64,000 nucleotides of DNA from Octopus vulgaris (taxonomy: Eukaryota): assembly GCA_951406725.2 (NCBI GenBank), contig OX597831.1, positions 8,246,001 to 8,310,000 of the forward strand, in the 5' to 3' direction. Below are positions 50,130 through 63,800 of this stretch, in pieces (within the stretch, counting starts at the first letter, position 1; every line of letters starts with the position of its first letter). A program made the position numbers and the translations under genes. The notes under the pieces are model-generated. The model worked only from the letters and a program-made list of their open reading frames with translations. It did no database searches and was not told where the DNA came from.

Positions 50130-50510
50130 CAAGGTGGCAAGCTGGCAGAATCGTTAGCATGCTGGATGAAATGCTTGGCAGTATTTCATCTGTTGCTGAG
50201 TTCTGAGTTCAAATTCTGCCAAGGTCAACTTTGCCTTTCATCCTTTCGCGGTTGATAAATTAAGTACCAGTTACGCAATGGGATCAATGCAATCGACTAG
50301 CTCCCTACCCCCAAATTTCAGGCCTTGTGCCTATAGTAGAAAAGGTTATCGTTAATTTAAGGCAGCGAACTGGCAGAATCGTTCTGAATTCAAATTCCAT
50401 TGAGGTTGACTTTACATTTCATCCTTTCGTGTTCGATAAAATAATGTAATCAACTCATTCCCCCACCAAAATTGCTGCCCTTGTGGAAAAATTTGTAACC
50501 ATTATTATCA
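50130..50510 (+). mobile_element. Two tandem ATT-tailed family A SINEs (a similar pair lies at 53477-53850)
   Basis: aaggtggcaagctggcagaatcgttagc... and aaggcagcgaactggcagaatcgtt... with the family core. Confidence 0.8.
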
Positions 50511-50641
50511 TTATCAATTTCACTTTTTTTTTTGTGAAAATCTATGTTTTGACTTAATTTCATGACACAACTAGAAAGTATCGCTCACCCACCAAAGTAT
50601 TGGAACAGTTTGGAAACCTCTGATGCACCAAACTTATATAT

Positions 50642-50680
<39 letters not shown>

Positions 50681-50821
50681 CATGTATATATTGGATGTGA
50701 TGACACCCCAATCTTTTACTCCTAAAATATAGAACTTTTGTGCCAAGTACCCAGGGTTACTCTTTGTCTATGACACAGCATGTTTCCTAAATAACCTCCA
50801 GTTTCTTTTTATCTCTTTCAG

Positions 50822-51029
50822 GATGACGACAGCTATGGCCGAGATGAGCTGTTCAATGCTTCCTGCCAACTGGTTTGTGAGTGGGCGGAGAAGTTGTTGG
50901 AACGTGGTTTTACTGGTCTTCGTGATCTATCAGAGTTCCTCGTCAGCAATTCTTATGTGAACAGCAAATCTATGGCTGCATTTACAGTCAGTGCAGCTAT
51001 GCAAGAGGCTGGGACTCTTAGTGCAAATG
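50822..51029 (+). CDS. RFX7: RFX7-like exon, conserved post-DBD helical domain (DDDSYGRDELFNASCQLVCEWAEKLLERGF...AGTLSAN)
   Basis: tctctttcag acceptor, 208 nt, phase 0/1, gttggt donor (51030). CQLVCEWAEKLL...F...DL..FL...Y matches the RFX5/7 conserved block. Confidence 0.93.
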
Positions 51030-52508
51030 GTTGGTCATATTCAGATTTTACACTCTTCACCATCAACCAGTCTTACTTATAGTATTTTTAGTGTGAACTT
51101 AGTGTTTTTGAATGGTGCTTGCTTGCTTATGTCGTAGGAGTTCCAAACCATTGACCCTCATCGTCCTTCGTACAAGAATGAGACAATTTGGTGCAGCTGT
51201 TTGGACGTTAGCTATTTGGCATGGCTGATTGGGCATTCAGCCTCTTTGGCAATAGTACGCTTTGGCATCGGAGGCAGATACATGCACACACACTTGCACA
51301 TAACTCATACATGCAGAAATATGCAATTACAAACAGTGAAGAGAGAGAAAAACATTACAATCTATTAATTGAACAGGATCAACCTAAACGCTTTGCCACT
51401 CTTTACACACATAAGAGACAAATATACAGACATATATAGACTGAAAGAGAGAGAGAGAGAGCAACATTGAATTATCTGATGCCAGATAAGTCGTTGTTGA
51501 ATCAGAAACAACAAATAAATGGACCCGAAATGGCTGTGCCAAAACGTCTCCTACTCTCTTACCCTCTCTGACTCTCTATGTGACACACCTTGGTATTTTT
51601 CTGATTTTTATTTAGATACTGCTTTAATATATTGAACTAATCCAAACTATGCAGTTTAGACATTCAGACGTAGAGAGAGTTAACTCACAACACAGACAAG
51701 GCTTTTTATTAATAATTTAAATCTAATAATTGTGAGGACACGGATTGCTACGTCTGTAGAGTCGACAAGAAGCTGCCAAGGGTCTGGCTGCTTGTTCAGG
51801 AGTATCCTATATTTGGTGAATATTTATTGTGCCTGTGGCCAAGACACTTTCACTCTTTGCTCTCCCTATCCACCTAGTTGTAAGTAGGTACCACAGTTAT
51901 GAAACCCCTCAGCCCTATAAGCAGTCTTGTAGTCTGTAAAATTGAGAAATGGTAGCTTGGTAACTTGCAGTGTTTAGTTCAGGAGAAAGAGTTGGATGTT
52001 ATGGGTCTCGTCTACAAGTCGGTAGGTTTAGTCACTCATAGGTATATTCATCTGGTCATGAATATTCAACAAATCAACTTGGATCAGAAAGAAGAATAAA
52101 GATCTAATGACCAGATAAAAATAATCCCTACTAGAATGAGGGAAAATCCATGATTTTCAAGTGGTTGTTTCACAAATATAGAAGAAACATGGATTTAAAC
52201 AATCTCTTTAAATATCCTTTTAAACTGGCCACATCCAGCCCAAAATGTGTTCTACCTGTTTTATGTCCAAACTGACCAGATCCAACCTATCCAACAATGT
52301 CATTCTAGAAATAAGCATTATTGAAATCTGAAAGCTACAAGAGATAATGCAGGATTAATTGAAAAGAATGGGAATCAGTGACCATTAAATTTAATAGGGT
52401 AATCTGAATGCTGAAGGGTTAAGCAAGTACATATTGATGCTGGTTGAGCGATTCACTTGGCATTTTGTAATTCTGGATGTGGTCTTCTGCAGCATGGGGT
52501 ACTTCACC

Positions 52509-52691
52509 TACTTTCGCCTGCCGTTATGTTCTGAGATCAAATTCCACCGAGGTCGACTTTGCCTTTCATCCTTTTGGGGTTGATAAATTAAGTACCAGTT
52601 ACGCACTGGGGTCGATGTAATCAACTTAATCCGTTTGTCTGTCTTTGTTTGTCCTAACTGTGTTTAGCCCCTTGTGGATAGTAAAGAAATA
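52509..52691 (+). mobile_element. 5'-truncated SINE family A with 11-bp TSD
   Basis: ggtacttcacc at 52498-52508 and 52692-52702. Confidence 0.9.
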
Positions 52692-54966
52692 GGTACTTCA
52701 CCCACTTTGGGCAAGTATCTTCTATCATAGCCTTGGGGTAGACTGATGCCTTGTGAGTGAAATTCATTGTATAGAAACTAAAAACTGCATGGACGTCTAT
52801 GGTGTGTGTGTGTGTGTGTGCAAATGTATTGGTCATATTTATATCAGTCAAAACCTGTTAAAATTCTGTATTATTGATGCTCAAAGGAGTTATCTCCCCT
52901 CATGCCCACTTTGCAATTTCCTATCTTACAAGAATGTTGAAATAAGTCCCAGACAAAGTACTGGGGGTGATAGCATCCACTATAAAATCCTTGAAGGTGG
53001 TGTCCTAGAATGGTCACAGTCCAGTGTCTGATCCAAATAGCAAAAAAAATAAATGCAACAGAAAAGATTATCCATTCTCACTTCAAATAGATTTTACTAA
53101 CAATTTTTCAGTGATATATTTATTGCCATGTCTTGTAAGTAGAGAACCTCAGCTGTGCTGCTAATATCTAAAAATATATTTCTTTTAAACATTATCTTAG
53201 CTTTTCCCCAGGTTTGAATTTTGCAATTATTATTATCAAATTGGCAGGTGAAATTTGTGTTAAAAGCATTGACTTATGTGTCCTTGGCTGAGCTTAATAC
53301 TGACAGAACATTTTGGTGCGTTATTTAAAAGTTTTCCTCTTGGTTTTAACCTGAGATAATTCTTGTTACTCAATACTAATTTCTAACACATTATTAATAT
53401 AGAAGTTTAACATTCTTTTCTTTTCTAATGTTGCAATATTTGTTACTAATGCTCATTAACATTCATCTATAATGTAAGGCAGCAAACTGGCAGAATGGTG
53501 AGTGCACCAGACAAAAAGCTAGATGGCACTTCATAGGTCTTTATGTTCTAAGTTCAAATTCTGCTGAGGTCGGTCTTGCCTTTCATCCTTTTGAGGTCAA
53601 TAAACCAAGGACCAGTTGATTATTGTGGTTGATTTAAATGATTTGGCCCCTTCTCAGAAACTGCTGGCCTTTTGTCAAAATTTGAGACCAATATTTATTT
53701 AAAATATCAGCGGTGGATTCATGTAATCAGTTTTGCGACAGACAAACAAATGCTTTGCAGCATTTAGTCAGGTCCTTTTAGGTTTTAAGTTCAAATACCA
53801 CTGAGATTGGTTTTGCTTTTTACTCTTCCAGGGTCTGTAAAATAAGTACTGGGGCATAGCTGTGTGGTTAAGAAGCTTCCTTCCCAATCATGTGGTCTCA
53901 GGTTCAGTCTTACTGCATAGCACTTTGAGCAAGTGTCTTCTACTGTTGCCTCACGTCATCCAAAACCTCCTGAGTGGATTTGGTAGACAGAAACTGAAAG
54001 AAGTCCTGTGTTTGTGTGTACGCGCATGCATGCATGTGGGTTACTGTCTCCTTTCCTTGTCTCTGTGCGATTGTTGTAAATGAGTGTCACTGTCATGCCA
54101 GCAGTGTCCTTTTGCTTTCAGTCTTCTCTGAAGGAAACATCTGTGGTCGAGGGAAAATTAATCTTACTTAGAACAACTTGAAACAAGGACACAACACATT
54201 GCCTGCTCTAAGAATTGAAACCACAATCTTGCGATCATGAGTGTAACACCCTAGTCTCTGAGCCATATACTGCCACATGTACATAGATACATAGGTACGA
54301 TGGGCTTCTTTTAGTTTCAGACAAGGCTTTGGTTGACCCTGGACTATAGTGGAAGACACTTGCCCAAGGGGGCCACACAGTGGTACTGAACTCAGAACTA
54401 TGTGGTTGAGAAACAAACTTCTTGACCACAAGTCAAGCGAAGCCCATACTGGTTAGGAAAGTCTAAGAGAATATGGCTAAAAGACCCCTGCACCAAATTG
54501 GAGCCTGTTGGGTTAAAATAATTAGGGCAGGTTTAGTGGGGTGGGGCAAACCATTGGTGGGGTTAGGCATTTGTAAAGTGTCATGGGCTGGGCGGAAGAT
54601 CTAAACTACCAAAAGTCTGAGAGTCATTGATCCATATCAATGGACCTGTGAGTTGGTAAAAACAGAAAACTGTCAGGCTTAAATAATTATCTTTTCTCTT
54701 TCTCGGGTCTACTGGAGTCAATGCTGACTGCTGTCCTTTCATATTCTGGTGAAATTTGGTTAATTATTCTCTTACCAAAATTGTTGCTGTTTCTTAGTTT
54801 CTTTTATAATTTCAATTAATTAAAAAATAATTTGAAGAATTAACATTTATATTTTTGCATTGTTTACAGTTCTATTATAAATGAACGTCTGGTCTATAAT
54901 GACTTTTAGATCTATTAATGACTATTAGGTACATGATTAATATTATGACTGTCTAAACTAGCATTG

Positions 54967-55274
54967 TGGAGGCACATGGCCTAGTGGTTAGAGCAGCGGA
55001 CTCGCGGTCGAGGGATCACGGGTTCGAATCTCTGACTGGAAGATGTGTGTGTTTATGAGCAAAACACCTAAGCTCCATGTGGCTCTGGCAGAAGGTAGTG
55101 ACGAAACTTCTGCTGACTCTTTCGCCACAACTTTCTCTCACTCTATCCTCCTGCATCTTGCAGCTCACCTGCGATGGACCGGCGTCCCGTCCAGGTGGGG
55201 AACCTATACGCCAAGAAACCGGGAAACCGGCCCTTATGAGCCAGGCATGGCTTGAGAAGGAACAAACAACAACA
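54967..55274 (+). mobile_element. tRNA-derived SINE family E (V-domain-like 3' module), full length with 12-bp TSD
   Basis: A box TGGCCTAGTGG, B box GGTTCGAATC, cctgcgatggaccggcgtcccgtccagg (V-SINE-like as I recall it), (AAC)n tail. TSD aaactagcattg at 54955-54966 and 55275-55286. Confidence 0.9.
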
Positions 55275-56218
55275 AAACTAGCATTGCAAAAAATTGTGCA
55301 GAGATTAAGCTTTTTTAAATATTTTTTCTTATATTTTTACTTTTATCATCATTATGGTAAGTTGGAAGATTAGTTTCACCATTACAAAATGCTTTAATTC
55401 ACAGAATTAGAGTTTCATAAACACTTATTCCACTCACATGAAAACCCATATGTTAGTTGCAACATATTTAGTTTAAAGAACAATTCTTCCATGCATAATG
55501 GTATTGCTTCTTTGTGGAACATTGGCCATCAATGAATTGTTCTCCTCTGTTCTTGATTCTGGAGTTGTCTTTCCTTCTTCTTTCCAGTCAGATCCCTCCT
55601 TTTTCCTTACAGCTATTTTTCAAAGTTTGCTGCACCATGTCATACATTTCTACAAGGAAAGGCCTTCCTCTCCCAGATCTAAATTGTCATCGGTGCTTCT
55701 TTAACATTTCTTTTTCTAAGTAGGTGTATTTGTATTGGCCCTATGCAAATCCATTTTTACCTGTTGGAAGAGGTAGCCCATATTAGTCTGGCCCTTATCC
55801 TTTGAAATGTCCAGCATGAGAAGTCCTTGCAGAGGCTTGTGCTCCTCTGGCACAGCTCACCATCCGCCACTCCACAAGGACTGGACCTTGTGATGGAAGG
55901 AACTTTTCAGTGTTCCTCACTTGTATTAAATATGTTAATATTAATTGATCTGATATTTAAATAGTCTTTGGTGGTGTCTCTTTCAAAATAATACACTCAT
56001 TATAATTCTCTTTCATAAAAAACAAAATGCCAGCCTGCTTTAGCTTCAATTACTGTAAAAGAACCTGTCCATGGGGTAAGAGCTTGACTCGACTTTTGTT
56101 GTTTCACTCCGGATGAAACAGGATTAAGCAGACAGAGGCAGTCCGGCCATGACTGTCTTCTCTCTTGTTTTTGGTCTATTTGGGGCTGAATTTTATAATG
56201 TATCCTTTCCTTCTTTAA

Positions 56219-56440
56219 CCCTTTCGATACTAACCCTGCTGAAACCACCTCTGGCTCTGTACTACAAATGTCTTGTTTCCAAAAGTTCTGAATTAAAATC
56301 TTCCACCAAACCGTAGTCCCAATTTATGTTCCTAACACTAACTTAATGACAACTAAGCTGTTTTACTAAATTCTTTGTTATTTTTAGAATCAATTGAAAG
56401 AAACACAGAGCATCTCAACAGAAATATGGTAACAACAGGG
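56219..56440. mobile_element. piggyBac-type MITE (related fragments about 34050-34170 and 34320-34540)
   Basis: TTAA (56215-18) | CCCTTT...CAGGG | TTAA (56441-44), with short degenerate TIRs. Confidence 0.72.
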
Positions 56441-57575
56441 TTAAGGTGTTAGTGTATGATATCTGGTTGCTATTTCTAGCTGACCAAGAGACCATGTAGA
56501 GACTCCTTTGTTTGTTTAATAGGATTGAGTAGACAAGAGTGAAGTGTACCTTCTTAATTAGGGTGCTGTGTCCATTGCAGGTAATATTTCCCAGAAATGT
56601 TGGATATCAGTTTCATGAACCACAAGAATCTCAAATGGGTCAATACTTAACCCTCTGCTCTGTAGCTATCCTCTCACCTTCACTCACTAATATCAGTACT
56701 AGGTACGTTATCCCCCCCCAAAAAAACTTTTTATTATAAATTGTCCACATCTATGAAGAAGTTAACAAGCCAGCAAAGGAGAGTTTATGCTGTCATTCAA
56801 CCCTGTTGGATATAGCAGCCAAGTCTCTCCTCCAACTACAACCTATCAGTTTACTGTAATCCTCGGTAGATAATGTGTGAATACATGAAAGGATGATCGT
56901 GGTTGGGTTGTCTTAGGTTGCTTCAATCAGGGTTGAACTAAACCACAACACTAACGGAATTAGTGTGTTGTACTGAGCCATGTTGAAATGACTGCCCTCT
57001 TAAATCTTGGAGACTTGAGGAGACTTGAAAAGGGCTTCGCTGGTGCATTCAGTGGGAAGCGCTGAATCTTGGATGCCAGAAGGTTTCAAGGGTTATCACG
57101 AGGGAAAATGGCATCATTTCGTGGCATTCACCTTGACAGCTTTATCGCTTACCAGCCCCAGTCACTGATGTGAGGATCCCCACCCCACCCACTTACCTTT
57201 ACAACTGACTTGTCTTTGACCTCAGGTGCAAAAGAAATGGACTTTGGATTAAATTTGTTACTTTTATCTAGTTTCATCTTACCGAGTTGAGTTCACTCCC
57301 CTGTCAGGACATAGCTATGGCTACCTACCTCAAAGCTCAGTAAAATAAGAATCAATAACACACACCAGGTGGCAGCACAACTGATTCCATTACACTCTTC
57401 TTCTCTCCCCCTCCACCTTCAAACTGTTGCCCCTCCCCCCCTGTCCGTTATGTAAGAAATCAGTATTGTTGATCTCTGTTTTTGGCAAGCGGGGCGGTGG
57501 GGGAATCTCTTTCTCTCTCTATATTTCTCTCATACATATACACTCTTAGATGTCAAGTTTTGTATTTGAATTCCT

Positions 57576-57619
<44 letters not shown>

Positions 57620-57880
57620 TATTTACTTGTGCATGAGTCACACTATTTTATACTTGATTTTAACTTAAGATATAAACACCTGGGGTCAAAACTAAAAATG
57701 TGAAGGAAAAAGATTTTGTACCAAGACTTAACATCAAAATTAGGGGTGCAGCATGAGTACCCATGGTACATTAAGTGAGATTACAGTATAAGTAAGAAAG
57801 AGCCCAAATATAATATTTTTATTGTTGAGATAATTACTGAATAACTTATGTTGTTGTTTTCTCTCTCTCTCTCTGTTTAG

Positions 57881-60800
57881 CTGCAATGTCATCTCTTTTC
57901 TCCAATGCTTCTGGTGGAGACAAGCATCGGGAAACACAATTACAACTCCAACGTAAGCTGCAAGAACGAGAAATACTGAAGGAGCAGAAACGTCGTCTAC
58001 ATCAACAAAGGCAAGAGAATGAATTTGATAGCAAATCTCCCCAAAGGACACGAAACGAAACTCACACCCCGGGCCTTCCAAGCCCGAAGACCAAGTTTTT
58101 ATCACCGTCATCTTGTTTACGATTTCGATCATCAAGTAGTTTGGAGAACTTACTCATGCCGACTGCGTTATCCGATAGTAAATCTCGCATCAAAGACCAA
58201 CCTACGAGTTATGCAACAGCTGCTGCCGCAGCAGACCGGAGATGGCATCAACCAAATTGCCAAGATGTGGCTTCAAGCATTGCTGCACATTCTCTTTCCC
58301 AGCCATTAAAACTGTTGTCTGCTCGATCTCTTTTCCAAGAGAAAACTCCAGATAAATCATCCAGTATCTGTGATCAATCCGACGAAAGATCTACGTCTCA
58401 GCTCTCCAAAAAGGAGGGCAGCCACGATTCAGCAGACACAAAACCCAAAATAGACCAACTGGAAAACTTTCTTTCTGTGAAAAAGCCATCTGTGATCCCA
58501 GCTCAAAGTTGGGTTGATGAGAAAGGATGTAGCAAGCCTAAAAGTAACGCTGGGTCAAGTTTATCAGCCATATTGTCAACCCCTAATGAAGAAAGTGAAG
58601 ACAACCTGCACAAAAATCAGTCATCAGCTGATGACAACAATGGCACTGGTGCCGATGCTGGGGATAATCAGACAGACAACAGTGTGAATAGTAACAGTGG
58701 TACCTTTTCCCTAAACGTGATTCTTGATAAAACTTCACGAGTCGGGAGTGGAGTACCCCTTGTTTCGCAGCCTGGTTATGCAAAAAGTGCATTTGTTCCT
58801 TTTTCGCAGATGCATTTGCAGAATGTGGCAGACACAAAGACAACACAATCAACTGATTACGCAGTTCCATCATCACAGAAGACAGCTGAGCATAACTCTG
58901 AGCCGAGTATTTTAGCACAAATGTTAGAATCAAACGAAAACTCATCGTCCCCTTCTTCTCCTAATTGTGGACAGAGTGGCAACTATGTGCAGGTTCCATC
59001 TTCTAGTAAAGCAAGCGGGGAGTCTGAAAGTGTGCCTGTAAGTTCTGTAGAATTAATCAGTCAAACATCTCCATCTGTTTCCAAACGATCTCGATCCCGC
59101 TTTGCACCAATACGTCCAAAGGCCATGCAGCCTAAAACAGTATTGTCATTACTGCAGGAACCAAGTACAAGTACCTCTGACTTCCCACACTACGATTGTC
59201 GGCCAATATCTGCAATTTTAAAAGAGAAACGTGCTCGAGAACAGGCTGAAGCGCTGAGCCAAAGTAACAGCGTGACATCACTCCCTGCATCCCTTGCATC
59301 ATCCACTTCTACTGCATCCCCGTTCAATTCTGTTGCAACTGTAACAGAAGTCGTTACTATACCTGTCAACCATGTTAGCAAGTCAAATGAACTTCTCATA
59401 ATCTTGGGGTCCCCAGCTTCTGGAGCCATGGGTCATTCCGGTAATGTGTTTCTATCATCTGCTCAGAACACTCCAGCCATTGTTTCAGGAACTAATTTGG
59501 ATCAGCAATCTGCTGTAACGGCAGCAACCATTCTCCAAACCATTCCATCAATCACAAGCAATATCGTTCCCAAACCTGATGCCGTCTCCTCCCTTAGCAA
59601 CAACCCAGGATGTATTACTGCTAATAACGAACAGCTGAGTCTGAAAACTATACAATTAAGTGCTACCAACCTTTCAATTCCTACTCAGCAGCTGTTCACC
59701 TCCATAAATACTCAACCTGCAATTACTACGGAAGAACCACCAAACAACACCATTCAAACTGCTCCAACCATTGGACTTTCTTTGACCGGTGGTCTAACTG
59801 GTCTGTCTGATGTACAAGAATGTCCAATAGAGAACCAGAATCAGTTTATGATCTCTAAAAACATCCAGTTAGAAGGAACTTTGCTTTCAGGTTTCAACTT
59901 TAGTTTAGCAGATACTTCGCAGCCACAAGTTGGTTCAATTGCAAACATGTTGGCAACAGACGCCTCCATTCCTCAGGTAGCAGTAAAAATGGAACCAGGT
60001 AAATTAGATTGCACATCTGCTCAAATCCCATTGTCTACCATTGCTTCAGTTGGAAAAACTGCTATGGTTGAATCGTCTGTTGACATTGCGAATTCAAACG
60101 AACCCAGTGGGGCAAACAGTGTGAACCAACCTCAGTCGATTGCTAAAATATTTCTAAGTGATTTCACTCAATCAATAAATTCCTCTGAATCTTACCCTAG
60201 TGATAGCGCCGTCATTGTTTGTAAAAGGGAGCAGATTGCTGCTGCATCTCAGACCAAACAAGAAACCCCTCAGCAACAACAACAACAACCACCACCACCT
60301 CAACAACATCCACCATCTCTTTTGAGACCTTTACTCAACTCTGACCTGAACTCAAGCGAACTTTCGAAAACTAAAATCTTGAATGAACTGCTGAGTTCTG
60401 AAGATTCTCCGGAAACTAAATCAAACCCTGACAGTCCTTTGGAGGAAGTGAAATTAGAACCCATCCATGAAAACCTTTTAGACAGCTGCTTGAATTTAAA
60501 AAGTTCTCCATCGAGTTCTGAATCTAATCTAGAAGAAATGTCACTTCAGTCAGAAGTGGCAACGGTGTCGGCTGTGTTACCTGGTTCCATCAACGAAGAA
60601 GACATGGTTAATTCTCAGACTGGAGCAGCATCTGGAGAATCTTTAATTTTTTCAAGACCTCCGTCGTGTGGTCGAACTTTGTCAGGCGACACATTCTTCT
60701 CAGTATCTCAGGGTAACATCACAACTCCGGTAACAACTGGTTTACTTCATCTTGGTACATTAACGAGCAATGGGACTATTGCTTTTGTCAGTACCGAACC

Positions 60801-63800
60801 TGTAGCTGTTAGTATGCCTGCTCAGCAACAACTACCTGTTCCTCCTCCCCTTCCCCCTCTCAATGACAAGAACACATGTTTGCAAACAGATACGGTTGTC
60901 ACTTACAGCAATCAGTTAGTCTCCAGCCATATGTCTTCTGCTTCTTCATCACAGACTATCTTAACTGAAAACAAACCAATTGACTCGACCATCACCTTTC
61001 CTGTTGTCCAATCTAACCAGGTGGGTGCGGATAATTCTGATTCACTGATCATAGATTTCAACCCCCCTTCTAACGAACACTTGCTCAAAGCTCACTCGGA
61101 CAAACCCTCGAATAACCGCAAACGGAAAGCCAGCGATAAACCGGTTTGCAACAATTCCAAAAAGAAAACCCAGGTAAACAAACTTGCTGCTGATTTGGCA
61201 GAAAAAATTGAAGCGAATGTTTCTTTGATCTCTGCGGGTCAAGACTGGTCAGACATATTAAGTAATTCTTCAGATACGCTGAACAATTCTGTGAGCAGCA
61301 GTGCCATTGTAGAATCTGTTCAAAGCCCTGACATATCGAGTGTAGAAAAGGATGCTTTGTTGGACAGTACTCCGCAAATGGTCAACCTTGGATTGTCCAG
61401 CCCTGGATCGAGTCAATGGCTCTCGACCAGCAAGATGAGTTCCCATGCCCAGACCATGTCCACTGGCATTAGTGGTAAAACAGCAAATCTTTCTATAAAG
61501 CTGCTCCAGAGGCAGTCATCGCAGCAAGCTGATAAGCATATTACCGATACTCTGAATATCAACCCGTGTCTGGCCAAAGATGCTGTATCTACTATTAGTC
61601 ATCATCTGGATGCTGTTAGCAGTGATACTAACAATCAGTTATCTGCACAAGGTGTTTCTTATGCAGAGTTATCTCCCCACCAGGTGGCTTCAGAACTTGC
61701 TGCTTTCAAGCGATCTGCCTCTGATTCTCTCCCTTCCTTCTTACAATCCGTTGAGCAAAATTCCCCCTCAAATAATCTTGGAGATAAAACGGCCAACAAA
61801 AGCAGTGCCAAGAGAAAAATGTCTTCAGATTCTAGTTTACTTCAAAAACATCTCACTGACATATCCCTCCGGCAACAGACACTGCAAGAACATCAGCAAC
61901 GTATCAAACAAGTGAAGTCAAGCTTTTTGTCCGACATCTTACAGTCTTCTGGTAGCGAAGGGAAAAAGGATTTTATTGAAGATGAGCTGCCATCTGATGT
62001 TGCTGACTTCATTACCGAATCGATGACATGTAACAGTCAAAACAACTCTGTATTTCCAACGAGTGGCGCTAACGAACAGCCATTTCCTGATCTTAAGCAT
62101 GATGTGGAAGATTTATTGAACCAAACCAACACGTCCATTCCTTCTGAAGGGCCTGGGTCTGTAACTGTTACCACAGCTCTTAGTACTAATGAGTTTGTCT
62201 CTGAAGTTAACTTCAAAGGTGCTACAACATCCATTTCACTGTTAAGTGAAGGCAACCATAAAATTAATGTTCATAACAACAACAACAACAGCAACAGTGA
62301 TGCCTCTAATAACTCAACAATTAACCGTCCAATCGGGGATCTTCTCCTCAAAAAAAAAAACACATTTGTGATCCCTGATGCACAAGCTGTAGTTCGGAAA
62401 GGGACCGAAGTAAAGCAAACTCGGTTCCCTGCAGTTGCACTCCTTCACCACAATCAACAACAACAACAACAACAGCAGCAGCAGCAGCAGTTACTGCAGC
62501 AACCACAACATGTTTCTTCTGTGCAACCTACATCTTTATGTGACATGGCAGCTTTCCAAGTGTCTTCTTCTCAGGCACCAGAATTTGTGGCTCCTAATGT
62601 TACTATAACGCAAAGGTGGCACACTATGAACTATGACAAAACTGGTTCTCACACCCCAGTGTCAGATAGTGGCTACAGCAGTGCAAGCCCTATACACAGT
62701 ACTCCACCTGCTGTCTCGAATTCTTCATCAACTACAACTGACCCTTTGCTTAACAATATTATTACTGGTTTTGAATCTCGATCGTCGAGTTGTGAACCAC
62801 CAACTCAAAGCCCTGTCACAGACCAACTTCTTCAACATTATACACCACTCATTCTTTCTCAGGGCTCAAACGGAAGCTCGGTGCCCAGTCCGACAAATCT
62901 CCCACCCTCCCCAAAAACCTTTACTCCCATCCATGGAAGCTCATTAGGTACTAATACTTATGATCCACCTCCCATTCGTCCTACGGCCACTGTAGCCAGT
63001 AAAATTCTATCTCACCAATTACATTCTGTGACTGGCTCTTCAGCTTCCAAAGTTCAAGCCCCAGGGAGTAGTTCTCAGCAGCCAAATAAATTAAATAAAG
63101 AAAACAACAAAGAACTGCTGAATCTGTTGAAAGCCAAGAATCCCCCTTCCTACGAAAATGCCATTCGAATGCTAAATCAGAAAGCAGCACAAGGAATCGG
63201 CTCCTCGTATCAAAACCAAAGTCATAGCAGCTTATCCGGAACCAACGCTAGCCATGCGGAACAACAACAGCAGACAGCAGCAATAACTACAACAACATCG
63301 ACAGCAACAACAACAACTACTGTAACACCAACATCAATAGTGGCTGCAACAATGCCGAAAGCAAGAACGAAAACTCGCTCCAAATCCGTATCAAACAGTA
63401 ACTCTGGCAAGAGCAGAACCAGCCGAAGGCGTTCGACAAAAGATAGCAACCCAAGCAACAGTGTGGAGTCAGCGAAAAAGGCAAGTGCACCTCATTTAGT
63501 GAGATGCTTGTCTGATAACAGTGGTACCATGTCTAGCACAAATGAGACACAAGTTGAGGAGAACTTGAATGCAAAACCATCAGAAACAGAGTTGAAATCT
63601 TCAGGATCTGAGAACCATGAAGCTGGAAGTAAAGAACCTTTGGTAATGAAAAAGAGATTAGCTGTGTCAGCAGCATATCCTTTCTCTTATAAACTATCTC
63701 TATTGAAAGATCGCAGTGCGGTTGTCATACCAGTAGCTGCTGGGGACCATCCGACCGTCTCAGTAGAACATCCGGCCACCACCACTCAGGCCGAATTCAC

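Noticed and set aside
54967-55045. tRNA-like sequence with A and B boxes
   Set aside because: It continues into a SINE body, has an (AAC)n tail and a 12-bp TSD, so it is a SINE head rather than a tRNA gene.
56200-56208. Perfect U12 donor-like GTATCCTTT (a similar one at 24291)
   Set aside because: I found no credible upstream exon or matching U12 branch site. The 24291 instance lies within a SINE module. Both are likely chance.
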